Origin: Chiloscyllium plagiosum | Lineage: Eukaryota | Assembly: GCF_004010195.1 (NCBI RefSeq) | Contig: NC_057720.1 | Coordinates: 10,963,181 to 11,027,180 of the forward strand | DNA: 64,000 nucleotides | Direction: 5' to 3' | In this document: positions 53,101-59,750 of the stretch, piece by piece | How positions within the stretch are numbered: position 1 is the stretch's first letter | How the letters are laid out: every line of letters begins with the position of its first letter | Notes under the pieces: model-generated | Database searches by the model: none | The model's input: the letters and a program-made list of their open reading frames with translations, nothing else | What the model was told of the DNA's origin: nothing | Made by a program: the position numbers and the translations under genes

Positions 53101-53277
53101 TATCCCATTGTGGGTTGTCATCGTTTTGACCCGTTTGTTTTGCATTCACAGGTCAGAGAGGTGAAGGATCAGACTGAAGCTCAAGAGCATGCCCTTCAGA
53201 GCAAACTACATAGCCTTGAATTGGAATTAAACAGAAAGACTAAAGAACTGCAACAGCTTCAATGGAACAAGAATAAT
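1016..53277 (+). CDS. ODF2L: Outer dense fiber protein 2-like (ODF2 family coiled-coil centriolar protein); partial multi-exon gene, 5' and 3' ends outside window
   Basis: Eleven AG/GT(GC)-bounded exons with compatible phases encode coiled-coil peptides in the order recalled for ODF2/ODF2L (LKEAE; KEVLKKATRAQRKRAERFE; EERTRESAALSRQLETAL; ALQSKLHSLELELNRK). Divergence from recalled ODF2 favours the ODF2L paralogue; not database-checked. Confidence 0.8.
1327..3066 (+). mobile_element. HE1 SINE split by a nested minus-strand CR1 (1561-~2993)
   Basis: HE1 head and body at 1327-1560, HE1 tail (gggcctgtttccacactgtaggga) at ~2994-3066. Confidence 0.75.
1561..2993 (-). mobile_element. CR1 LINE (RT region to 3' tail, spans N gap)
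   Basis: FKKGGREKAGKYRPVSLISVVGKMLE; DLIETYKIIKGLD. Confidence 0.85.
3225..3615 (-). mobile_element. CR1-clade LINE 3' end (GGGCAATAAATGCTGGC tail family)
   Basis: Reverse complement of the tail seen at 33300-33400 and 63600-63690. Confidence 0.65.
3925..4222 (-). mobile_element. tRNA-derived SINE (family repeated at 20095-20360 -, 29795-29935 -, 41180-41460 +, 44960-45275 -, 62085-62420 +)
   Basis: A/B-box-like head (ctagtgg...ttaatccagag...ggttcaaatc); shares the LINE-like GGGCAATAAATG tail. Confidence 0.6.
4531..4831 (-). mobile_element. HE1 SINE
   Basis: Reverse complement of GGGCAGCACGGTGG...GGAGTTTGCACATTCTCCCCGTG... Confidence 0.85.
4905..5710 (-). mobile_element. Penelope-like element 3' remnants with a nested CR1 tail (5337-5520)
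   Basis: Minus-strand SATCHFNTPSCSLANTYVSGLLQC (endonuclease C-terminus); hammerhead motif at 4960-4997. Confidence 0.6.
4960..4997 (-). ncRNA. Minimal type I hammerhead ribozyme motif (family C)
   Basis: Minus strand agtt-CTGAAGA-A-GGGTC actg GACCT-GAAA-TG-TT-aact. Confidence 0.6.
5729..6302 (+). mobile_element. CR1 LINE 3' end
   Basis: SRTRGHSLR...FTQRIVNLWNSVPQ; tail ttctatgttt. Confidence 0.85.
7465..7770 (-). mobile_element. HE1 SINE
   Basis: Matches the other HE1 copies in the window. Confidence 0.85.
8109..8240 (+). CDS. ODF2L: ODF2L exon (phase 0-0): VNQIPSSGFSGFTEDKNMFLEKLENFKIASQKLQFLFRERWISK
   Basis: ctttgtag|GTG...AAG|gtaggc; 132 nt. Confidence 0.85.
8768..9225 (-). mobile_element. 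Two tandem L1/Tx1-like LINE 3' ends
   Basis: Repeated tttttaatttcaaaaatata(t/c)tttattc at ~8771 and ~8970; minus-strand C-terminus ARWGKTTV* at 9183-9222. Confidence 0.55.
9554..9753. mobile_element. Penelope-derived hairpin insertion (family B) with hammerhead motifs and 13-bp TSD
   Basis: Inverted arms; cattattcagtca at 9541-9553 and 9754-9766; minus-strand cac-CTGATGA-A-GGAGCgtcGCTCT-GAAA-GC-TA. Confidence 0.85.
10766..10840 (+). CDS. ODF2L: ODF2L exon (phase 0-0, GC donor): PCVDCTNRQIEVLTQKLTRCETENI
   Basis: tttctag|CCT...ATT|gcaagt; 75 nt; only the GC donor keeps frame with the next exon. Confidence 0.75.
10967..11038 (+). CDS. ODF2L: ODF2L exon (phase 0-0): HLKRKLQHVEKNAKEALALCQMEK
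   Basis: ttttgcag|CAT...AAG|gtacaa; 72 nt. Confidence 0.85.
11132..11248 (+). CDS. ODF2L: ODF2L exon (phase 0-0): VNSCFVKQLSKSVEATQARLQEQLRNKDGRNKRMSNQIL
   Basis: tttccag|GTT...CTG|gtaagt; 117 nt; resembles the ODF2 RLQAQLRSKEAEN region. Confidence 0.9.
11415..11955 (+). mobile_element. Penelope-like pseudo-LTR (family C) with a nested family B hairpin at 11653-11859
   Basis: agtt-CTGAGGA-A-GGGTCaccaGACCC-AAAA-CG-TT-aact at 11603-11640; nested copy flanked by ctgatttct repeats. Confidence 0.7.
12830..13370 (+). mobile_element. RTE-clade LINE 3' fragment
   Basis: TNNSILDQANIPSIE...HIV...RLPTQVLYSQL, typical RTE C-terminal motifs. Confidence 0.7.
14193..14517 (+). mobile_element. HE1 SINE
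   Basis: Matches the HE1 copies in the window. Confidence 0.8.
14725..15525 (+). mobile_element. CR1 LINE 3' fragment
   Basis: Degenerate RT C-terminus and ctatgttc tail. Confidence 0.8.
15578..17952 (-). mobile_element. Long CR1 LINE ORF2 fragment, frameshifted
   Basis: KSPGPDGMHPRVLKE, GNYRPVSFTSVVGK, QHGFMK, FEDDTKL, LEYYLQFWSPYLRKD. Confidence 0.9.
17965..18058. repeat. CT-rich microsatellite / low complexity
   Basis: (ct)n run. Confidence 0.8.
18650..18689 (-). ncRNA. Minimal type I hammerhead ribozyme, core intact (family D)
   Basis: gca-CTGAGGA-T-GTCACCtagacaGGGGAC-GAAA-CG-TC-tgc. Confidence 0.75.
19415..19454 (+). ncRNA. Minimal type I hammerhead ribozyme, core intact (family D)
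   Basis: gca-CTGAGGA-T-GTCACCtagaaaGGGGAC-GAAA-CG-TC-tgc. Confidence 0.75.
19545..19900 (-). mobile_element. CR1 LINE 3' end
   Basis: FTQREVHVWNELPEEVV. Confidence 0.85.
20638..21140 (+). mobile_element. HE1 SINE with a nested family B hairpin (20833-21021, 13-bp TSD)
   Basis: ttgcctgtagtga at 20820-20832 and 21022-21034. Confidence 0.85.
21558..21743 (+). CDS. ODF2L: ODF2L exon (phase 0-0): KFEGTVTGHKLQIAHLKSQLLALKDQLAMDKEVLKKATRAQRKRAERFEAAVEELNSQFKEK
   Basis: atttcag|AAA...AAG|gtgact; 186 nt; family motif KExLKKAxRAQ. Confidence 0.9.
21972..22054 (-). mobile_element. Short Penelope pseudo-LTR fragment (family A)
   Basis: Reverse complement of gcccgaaacgtcgattttcctgctcctcggatg; flanked by ctcagcatctc(c/t)ag duplication. 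Confidence 0.7.
22216..22325 (+). CDS. ODF2L: ODF2L exon (phase 0 to 2): DLKLREVRLAIETQKKQNDLASAVKAQLETKVFSLS; possible internal phase-0 donor after 22284
   Basis: tttcag|GAT...CA|gtgagt; 110 nt. Confidence 0.85.
22448..23925 (-). mobile_element. CR1 3' end broken by nested insertions (MITE-like ~22551-22730, HE1 22745-23027, solo LTR 23183-23800)
   Basis: CR1 tail sequence resumes after each insert. Confidence 0.75.
23183..23800. mobile_element. Solo LTR (TG...CA) with 4-bp TSD aacc
   Basis: aacc at 23179-23182 and 23801-23804; related copy at 45622-46259. Confidence 0.8.
23930..25225 (+). mobile_element. CR1 LINE RT domain to 3' tail
   Basis: MDFSKAFNKVPH, SKFADDTKIGG, tail ctatgactctatga. 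Confidence 0.9.
25250..25638 (+). mobile_element. CR1 LINE 3' end
   Basis: KFFTQRIVGVWNTLSGEVV. Confidence 0.8.
26130..26480 (-). mobile_element. CR1 LINE 3' end
   Basis: FTQRVVYVWNELPEEVVEAG. Confidence 0.85.
26522..26689. mobile_element. Penelope-derived hairpin (family D-related) with hammerhead motif (minus, 26599-26639) and 11-bp TSD
   Basis: atctttattat at 26508-26518 and 26690-26700; CTGAAGA-T-GTTACCtagtagGGTAAC-GAAA. Confidence 0.75.
27041..28328 (+). mobile_element. Penelope-like element, 5'-truncated RT to 3' pseudo-LTR (family A), spans N gap
   Basis: QTKGVAMDTCMGPSYACLF...FLRYIDD; TSD cctaattttt at 27031-27040 and 28329-28338. Confidence 0.9.
28215..28250 (+). ncRNA. Minimal type I hammerhead motif (family A) in Penelope pseudo-LTR
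   Basis: attc-CTGATGA-A-GGGCttttGCCC-GAAA-CG-TT-gatt. Confidence 0.7.
28765..29272 (+). mobile_element. CR1 3' end with a nested family A fragment (28858-28951, minus)
   Basis: CR1 motifs on both sides of the insert. Confidence 0.7.
28916..28951 (-). ncRNA. Minimal type I hammerhead motif (family A), GUC triplet intact
   Basis: attc-CTGAAGA-A-GGGCttatGCCC-GAAA-CG-TC-gatt. Confidence 0.7.
29973..30270 (+). mobile_element. HE1 SINE
   Basis: Near full length, taatcta tail. Confidence 0.9.
30897..31120. mobile_element. Penelope-derived hairpin (family E) with decayed hammerhead
   Basis: Inverted arms actgaaaacaaa...tttgttttcagt; gctCTGATGA near 30992; unpaired tail. Confidence 0.6.
32172..32282 (+). 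CDS. ODF2L: ODF2L exon (phase 0-0): ALVTAVEEDASVISADLDQLKAKAEQQKDIDMLYETQ
   Basis: tttacag|GCC...CAG|gtaacg; 111 nt; ends in YxTQ like recalled homologues. Confidence 0.85.
32425..33410 (+). mobile_element. CR1-clade LINE RT to 3' end, degenerate
   Basis: ggcccaaccatcttcagctgcttcatcaatga (GPTIFSCFIND); tail ccaccttctcaaggg...ataaatgctg. Confidence 0.75.
34350..34568 (+). mobile_element. HE1 SINE (internal N gap)
   Basis: HE1 head and tail. Confidence 0.85.
35100..35332 (-). mobile_element. tRNA-derived SINE with internal (AG)n
   Basis: Minus strand tagctcagttgg (A box) ... gagttcaattccc (B box). Confidence 0.55.
35927..36798. mobile_element. Solo LTR-like element (TGTGAT...ATCACA) with nested CR1 tail (~36110-36232)
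   Basis: 6-bp terminal inverted repeat; imperfect 4-bp TSD acat/acag. Confidence 0.6.
36803..36892 (+). pseudogene. ODF2L: Decayed ODF2L exon (pseudoexon): MTTDELNSLLVR*KEKNNLISNISDREIQK
   Basis: Ungapped resemblance to recalled ODF2 ADEVAAQLERCDKENKILKDEMNKEIEA; TGA at 36839-36841; donor reads ctgtat; acceptor split by a solo LTR; position in exon order is as expected. Confidence 0.6.
36930..37740 (+). mobile_element. CR1 LINE 3' fragment
   Basis: EQRDLGVQ...FFTQRVIRMWNELP. Confidence 0.85.
39020..40316 (-). mobile_element. CR1 LINE ORF2 fragment with internal deletions
   Basis: KVDKSPGQDGIYPRLLRE...PGNYRPVSLTSVVGKLLE. Confidence 0.9.
40318..40590 (-). mobile_element. HE1 SINE lacking its 5' end
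   Basis: HE1 body and (taatg)n tail. Confidence 0.85.
42249..42389 (+). pseudogene. ODF2L: Decayed ODF2L exon (pseudoexon): VKNRVELYLQELG/CHAELPK/NAERRLECKEKLLF, with frameshifts
   Basis: Pyrimidine tract then tacag|GTG; pieces in three frames match recalled ODF2L MESHLKELE...AAERRLHECQESL; the first frame hits TGA at 42312-42314; 3' end uncertain. Confidence 0.7.
42467..42650. mobile_element. Penelope-derived hairpin (family B variant)
   Basis: ccagtgttggactggggtggacaaag tail plus inverted arms. Confidence 0.75.
42800..43050 (+). mobile_element. CR1 3' tail
   Basis: cacagagggtggt...ctatgactc. Confidence 0.8.
43260..43360 (+). CDS. ODF2L: ODF2L exon (phase 0 to 2): ADDQNFQLKSSSEKVESLSDEKQKLQLALEVLS(R)
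   Basis: ttccag|GCT...CG|gtaact; 101 nt; CG+G of next exon gives Arg. Confidence 0.85.
45622..46259. mobile_element. Solo LTR, same family as 23183-23800
   Basis: tgttatg(t/g)accaggccagacc start; imperfect TSD aggg/agag. Confidence 0.8.
48325..48515. mobile_element. Degenerate Penelope-derived hairpin (family C-like; relatives at 26775-26840, 37950-38135, 47910-47990, 51435-51932)
   Basis: gctggagaaactcagc / gctgagtttctccagc inverted arms. Confidence 0.6.
48647..48955 (+). mobile_element. HE1 SINE
   Basis: Full head to aatctaatct tail. Confidence 0.9.
49123..49285 (+). CDS. ODF2L: ODF2L exon (phase 2 to 0): RLKEVNFQNQELTETMAKQEEALLLSKSQLEERTRESAALSRQLETALHDVTEK
   Basis: ttgaag|G AGA...AAG|gtatga; 163 nt. 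Confidence 0.9.
49880..50250 (+). mobile_element. SacSINE1/DeuSINE-like element, degenerate
   Basis: ttcaaatcccactcca...tgcactgtcaga...gtttgtgggagcttgtgtgcagaaattggc...acaacagtgactac. Confidence 0.65.
50757..51172 (-). mobile_element. HE1 SINE with a short nested CR1 tail (~50965-51012)
   Basis: HE1 reverse complement. Confidence 0.8.
51549..51880 (-). mobile_element. HE1 SINE inserted into a Penelope-derived hairpin
   Basis: Hairpin arms at 51435-51548 and 51880-51932. Confidence 0.8.
53152..53277 (+). CDS. ODF2L: ODF2L exon (phase 0-0): VREVKDQTEAQEHALQSKLHSLELELNRKTKELQQLQWNKNN
   Basis: ttcacag|GTC...AAT|gtgagt; 126 nt. Confidence 0.9.
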
Positions 53278-53337
53278 GTGAGTTTTCTAGTGTCTGTGGG
53301 AGGGGGACAGAATGGGTTTTTCTGAAGAGTCAACTGA

Positions 53338-53658
53338 GGGGCGGCATGGTGTCTCAGTGGTTAGCACTGCTGTCTCACAGCGCCAGGGACCTGGATTCGA
53401 TTCCAGCCTCAGGCAACTGTCTGTGTGGAGTTTGCAGATTCTCCCCTTGTCTGGGTGGGTTTCCTCCCACAGTCCAAACCTGTGCTGGTTAGGTAAATTG
53501 GCCATGCTAAATTGCCCATAGTGTTTAGGGATGTGTAGGTTAGGTGTGTTAGTCAGGGGTAAACATAGGGGAATGAGTCTGGATGGGTTACTGTTTGGAG
53601 GGTTGGTGTGGACTGGTTGGGACAAGGGGCCTGTTTCCACACTGTAGGGATTCTATGA
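53338..53658 (+). mobile_element. HE1 SINE
   Basis: HE1 head and tail. Confidence 0.9.
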
Positions 53659-53882
53659 ATTTTATGAAAAATAAGTTGAAAGTAAAAGTGACCGAAGGTG
53701 GAATTGTGCAGAATTGAGAAGGGGGACCAGGTTACACAAAATCTGTACCACAAGTGAGAGAGTACAGTACAGCTGAAATCTGCATACAATTAGAAATCAG
53801 ACCTACCTTGTTTTTCTTCTCCTTTGATTTTCTGTCCTTTGTTCAATTACTCACTGTCTAAGCTTGCTAACAACTTCAAGTT

Positions 53883-54170
53883 GGGCGGCACAGTGGCACA
53901 GCAGTTAGCACTGATGCCTCGCAGCGCCAGAGACCCGGGTTCAATTCCCGCCTCGGGCAACTGTCTGTGTGGAGTTTGCACATTCTCCCCGTGTCTGTGT
54001 GGGTTTGCTCCGGCTTCCTCCCACAGTCCAAAAATGTGCAGGTTAGGTGAATTGGCCAGGCTAAATTGCCCATAGTATTAGGTGTAGGGGTGGGTGGGTT
54101 GCTGTTCGGAGGGTCGATGTGGACTTGTTGGGCCAAAGGGCCTGTTTCCACACTGTAAGTAATCTAATCT
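53883..54170 (+). mobile_element. HE1 SINE
   Basis: HE1 head and tail. Confidence 0.9.
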
Positions 54171-54229
54171 GACCGTATATGTCACGAGCATTCTCCATCA
54201 TTGAATGCAAAAGTAGAAGGAAATAAAGA

Positions 54230-54610
54230 AAGGTTTTATTTATGCAATGCCTTTTACAACCTCGGGATGTTCCAAAGTGCTTTCAAAAGTGTGAAGTACT
54301 TTTGAAAAATGATCACTGTTGTAATATAGGAAACTTCTTGCCCAATTTGTGAAACTCTCAACTGCAGTGTGATGATATTCGAGTAATATGTTCCAGTAAT
54401 ATTGGCTGAGGGATCATTATTGGAGATAATTTCATCATTCTTTATTGAAATAACACCACAGAATATTTTAACTTCCACCTGTAAGAGCTGATGAGCCCAT
54501 AGTTTGATGGCATCTCCAACAGTGCTGTACTCATTCAGTACTGTACTGAGTATCAACTGGGATCTTTGAGCTGAAGTCTTCGGAGTAGGATTTGAATCCA
54601 CATCCTTTAG
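54230..54610 (-). mobile_element. SacSINE1/DeuSINE-like element
   Basis: Minus strand gtttcctatattacaacagtgatc...aagcactttggaacatcccgagg tail. Confidence 0.65.
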
Positions 54611-55980
54611 CGTAGTACAACATCAGTCCGGCACGCCTTGTGAAACAAATGTTGATGGACAGACATTGATCTGGACGAATATTGGGCTAGATTTACAAGG
54701 GACCAGTGAGTAAATGTCAGTCTCGAACCAATAACACATTGTAGTGGGCAGTCTAAACAAGCTGAGGGTCATACTGACACCCATTCGCAGGATGAAGTCG
54801 TAACCTTGAGAGTTGCAAAAACCTTTGATTGGTCAGCATCTTCACTGGTCCCAGCAGTGCCAAAATTGAATAGTGGACAGCACTGGAACTGCAAGATGTC
54901 TCACAGGTGAAGAGTGCATGTCCACCAGGGAGAGTAAATCCAGTGTTTCAGATGAGGGTGAGTTCTGGAAGAAACAAAATTAGAGCCCGGGTGACACATG
55001 TTTTTGGAAGCCAGCTGGGGAGGAACAGTGGGGCAGAGGGATAACATCTCAGGTCAGGGGTGCCCCCGGTGCTCACAGGGAAGTGCACAAATGATGTCTT
55101 CTCCCACCCTCTCCATTCCTTTCCCATCTTCTCAAAGAAGGTGTTTTTAAAAATAACAAACTACACACTCTTGTCTGTCGGTCACTGCTCAGCATTTTCT
55201 GGCTGAGACCTTTCATTGCACAATAATTGGCATCTTCAGACTTAGAGTGTGTTGAAGGGTGTGCGGGCTAGTGAATACCTTCACCAGTCCCAAAATATTA
55301 TGGGGGCTTGGTTAACAATGGGCAGGAGGTCAGTGGAGCAGCCTGACATTTTATGTTCCTGTCCACCCAGAGCTGAAGATACATCAGATGGTGTAGACCA
55401 TAAAATCCAGTCTGTTGATTAAAACTGAGAAAACGCTGTGTGATGGAAGTTTGTGGTCTTGTTATTATTTGAAAACTTGGGTTCTAATGTGGACAGAACC
55501 ATGTCGAGCTTTAAGTTGATATGTGTTTCTTTATTATCTGTGTTAAGAAGGGAAGGATATGGTTTTAGTTTCATTTTTGGGTTCTGGAGGTGATATGAAG
55601 TTGTCTGAGTATTTGTTTACTTGCATTTAAATGTAGCTTTTAGAAATAACTCTCATGGTGTTTTGATCATTTCTTTAGAACACAAGGGTAGAAGAGAGGG
55701 AGCATAAGTTGGACTGTTGCCGAGAAATGAGGTCTCCAGTGTCACGAGAAGACAGAGACAAAAACAAGTTTCATTTTAGAGAGAGAGAACAATCCAGACA
55801 TTCAGTGAGTGTGCAGGATTCTTTCTGAGGGAAGCAGGTTATTTAGAGCAAGGCTTGAAAGAGCAACAATACAGTCTTCTGAATAGTCAGAGCAGAATTA
55901 AAGCCAGTGAGAAAAAAGCTCCAGAAGTAGAAATCTGTGGGCGAGGGGTTTAAGGAATCCATGTTGAGTAGGTTTTACAG

Positions 55981-56195
55981 GGAGAGAGTGAAGACTGCAG
56001 TTGCTGGAGATCAGACTCGAGAGTGTGTTGCTGGAAAAGCACAGCAGGTCAGGCAGCATCCGAGGAGCAGGAGAATTGATGTTTCAGAACAAGCCCTTCA
56101 TCAGGAATGAAGGTCTTATGCCCGAAACTTCAATTTTCCTGCTCCTCAGATAATACCTGACCTGCTGAGCTTTTCCAGCAACACACTCTCGACTC
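55981..56195. mobile_element. Penelope-derived hairpin (family A) with 16-bp TSD
   Basis: tgagt(a/g)ggttttacag at 55965-55980 and 56196-56211; arms meet at cttcatcagg/aatgaagg. Confidence 0.85.
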
Positions 56196-57161
56196 TGAGT
56201 GGGTTTTACAGTTTGTTTCAGGATTTCACATAAGAAACATGAATTAAAGAGTATGGAATTGAATGAATGTAAGAGTTTGCCAAAAGGAAAACAATTACAG
56301 TTGTATCCACTGAAGGAATTTTAAAGTTCAAATGAGGTGAACCTTCACTGGAGCTTGAGTACCTGTTAAGTTGTTGTTGAGGGTAATTTGAAAGTCACAC
56401 AACCCACAAAAACTCTGCTTTTTGTTGTTCCTAATGCATGAATTGTAGCTCCTGGTTAAGGGAAGTGAGTTTTTAAACTGTTGCAGAGAAGGCTATATCT
56501 CTTTAGTATTTGCCCTTCCCCCCCCAGTTCAATCCATCAATGGAAGAAAGTTCGAACTTATATTTCTTTCAAAGTATCGTTGAGCCAATCTTCTGCACTG
56601 TTAAAATGTCTACCTGTCTCTCCACTTTTGCTCTGCTCTGCTGCATTCACATGACAACACCCTGACCAATCAGAATTTACCTGCCTGGTCTGAGAATTAG
56701 ATTGACTGTTCTTGCTGCATCTCCAGCCAATGATGGCCCAATCAGTCATATCTCATGCAGTATAAAATAGTTTTTTTTTCAAATATATTTCTCATGTCTT
56801 AGTTTTGATGAGTGCAAGTCCAAAAAATCTCAACTTCTAGTCTCCTTTACACAATATTTAATTTCTCCCTAATTACCTTCCACTATATTGATTTCTCTTC
56901 CACTCAAGGGAGGTATATGATCTCTGTCTGACACACCTTCACACCAGCACAGCCAAATTCGGGAACATGTTTGAACAGTGGAGTGAATTGGTTGTCAATC
57001 TGGATCCAAGCTATTTATGTCTATCAATAGCCTTTGATGGGTTATGACATATTTCTATGGCTGACACCTTGAGGTGGGACTTGATCTGACTTGGAGGTAG
57101 GAGCACCAGCCCTCTTTCTTTTAAGATACCTTTCTTTGTGGTTAGAGTTCATTACTTACTC

Positions 57162-57505
57162 AGTCATATAATCCCTACAGTGTGGAAACAGACCATTTGA
57201 CCCAACAAGTCCACACCGATCATCCAAAGAGTAACCCACTCAGACCCATTCCCCTACCCTATTACTTTACATTTCCTCTGTCTAATGCCCCTAGCCTACA
57301 CACCCCTAAACACTACGGGCAATTTAGCATGACCATTTCACCTAACCTGCACATCTGTGGGAGGAAGCCAGAGCACCCAGATGAAAGCCACGTAGACACT
57401 GGGAGAATGTGAAAACTCCACACAGACAATCACATAAGGCTGGAATTGAACCCGATCCTGGTGCTGTGAGGCAGCAGTGCTAACCACTGAGCCACCATGC
57501 TGCCC
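57162..57505 (-). mobile_element. HE1 SINE
   Basis: HE1 reverse complement. Confidence 0.85.
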
Positions 57506-57532
57506 TACAGCTCCTTCCATATACTATTGCTA

Positions 57533-57660
57533 CCTGAAGGACTTTTGCCCAAAATGTCAATTTTCCTGCTCCTCGGATGCTGTCTGACCTGCTGTGCTTT
57601 TCCAGCACCACTCTAATCTTGAATCCAATCTCCAGTATCCGCAGTACCCACTTCTGCCTC
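57533..57660 (+). mobile_element. Penelope pseudo-LTR fragment (family A)
   Basis: cttttgcccaaaatgtcaattttcctgctcctcggatgctg. Confidence 0.7.
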
Positions 57661-58189
57661 ATTTTCTATCTGCCCAGTCAGTTACTCCACCTCACTGGAA
57701 TAGTGCGCTGGATATTACGTACTGGTATTCCCAGAATCATGATAAGAGTTAAATATTTTAAAACTACACAGTATTCCCCAGTTTACCTTCCCTTCAGACT
57801 CAGGTTGAGAGAAAGCATGGACTAAGTTTGTATTCCACAAGGATTACAAATAAACAGATTTGAACGACAGATAAACAATTATGAATGATCAACATAGCTC
57901 TTTGAGTAAAAATGCTACACCATTTATATGCTCCTTTCTACATGCACCCATAGACAGGCACAAAAGAAGTGGGTATTATAGGCAGAGGGAAAAACTGGAA
58001 AGGTGGTTTCAGTGGTCACTGTCCCCAAGGTGTGCTGAGATAATCCTTTTGCTAATCAGAATGCTGCTTCCTGATCTTCCTTCTCTAGATACAGACACTT
58101 GTTTGCTGGAGACACAGGGTCATTAGAAATTCTAATCCGCTTCTAAACCCCCATTCACTCTTATTCTCTCTCTCATATGCACACAAATA

Positions 58190-58240
58190 CGTGCACACAC
58201 ACACACAAAGACAGACACACAGAGATACACACACACACAC
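58190..58240. repeat. (CA)n microsatellite
   Basis: Direct observation. Confidence 0.8.
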
Positions 58241-59539
58241 TCCCGTTATGCATGGAGGGAAGTCTGGAAAGCAGTTCCGTGTTTGATGTTCACAAGATCT
58301 GTTGAGATGATTCATGAGATAATGGTGACAATGCTGATCCTCAGTCATCCTTCTCTGGATGTTTCCTCTGGTTTGCAAGTGACACAGGGTGGCCAGTTCA
58401 CTTGGAAATGGTCTCTGACATATTAATTAAAAATTGCAGCTTGTAGTAATTGCTGAAGGAAAGGTAAACATGTTTTCTTAAGATTTAAAGTTTCTTACTG
58501 CAAAGAACAGAGAGGGAGCTCCAAAGCTAGTTGTGGCCTGAAAGCTTCTTTCTAGCTTGTTCACAGCTCCAAGCTGCACAGTTATCCAAGAACCAATCAC
58601 ATGGCTGTTGGCAGGCAGAAGGCCTGTATCATCGATAATTGGTCACTAGTCCATAGACCATTGGCGTCTTGTTGTCCATCTGTGCTTAACGCCTTGTCTC
58701 AAGCTCATCTACAAATCAAATTTCAGTTAGTAGTTCACAGGCAATGTGTAAGTTATGTTTACAATGAATATCAAGTTACTTGCTTTCAAACGTGTAACAA
58801 CTCTTCAGCCATCTTTGGTTTTTAAAACTGTTCTTTTCTCATTTCAGTCCACATTTCGAGATACAAGAAAAATAAAAAGATATTGGTCTTTACATTAAAT
58901 GAAGGCTTCAGATGTATCTGTTCCCTGTTCTTAACTGATGCTGTCCCGCTGTAGCTGACCTTTTATAAATAGGTTTTCTCTCCTAAATTGATGTATGAAA
59001 CTGGGAGAAAGGTAAAGGGAATACTGCAATTTCCCAAAAGCTTGAGAAATTGACCTCATCAAGAGCTGTACGTTTCCAGGGCTCCACTATAAATCCCTGC
59101 TGAGCAACATATCTCTGCAACATATCAGTGCACACATTTTGACCCCAGGAGCCAAAGAAATATTACTCCAATATGTGCAGTGTTTTCCAGTTTCAGCTTT
59201 TGCACTTTGATAAATCTTATGTGAGCTTAGCTATTAGTTATAGGTTGTGGTAGAGGGGGAAAGCTATTCAGATCTGGACTGGGATGAGGGGCAGTGAAGT
59301 CTTGTAAAAAGTAGCAGACCAAACAGACCAACCACAGTCCTCTCCCCTTCCTAATACAAATAATCATTTCTTCATGACAATGCAGAAACAAGCACAAATG
59401 GCCACAGAATCTTCCTTGGAGGCCCAAAGCATTTGTCATTGTGACTGCAGGTGTGACAGGTTCTGGTAAATTCCTTCACCTCAAAATGCAACCCAGATCA
59501 CACCTCAGTGTTCTCCATTGATGAGTGAATTGAGAGGGT

Positions 59540-59750
59540 AAAGTCAGAAGTCACATGACACAAAGTTATAGTCCAACAGGTTTATTTGACATCATAAGCT
59601 TTTGGAGCGTTTCGAATGTGACTTCACCTAACAAAGGAACAGCACCCTGAAAGCTTGTGCGATTTCAAATAAACCTGTTGGACTATAACCTGGTGGCGTG
59701 TGACTTCTGACTTTGTTCACCCCAGTCCAACACTGGCACTTCCACATCAT
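59540..59750. mobile_element. Penelope-derived hairpin (family B variant)
   Basis: Inverted arms plus tail ccccagtccaacactggcacttccacatc. Confidence 0.8.

Noticed and set aside
1016..53277. Calling the gene ODF2 (cenexin)
   Set aside because: Too divergent from recalled ODF2, which is usually well conserved; ODF2L fits better, pending phylogeny or synteny.
55439..58893. Further solo-LTR-like segments (about 55439-56400 and 57700-58893)
   Set aside because: Composition is suggestive but termini and TSDs could not be established.
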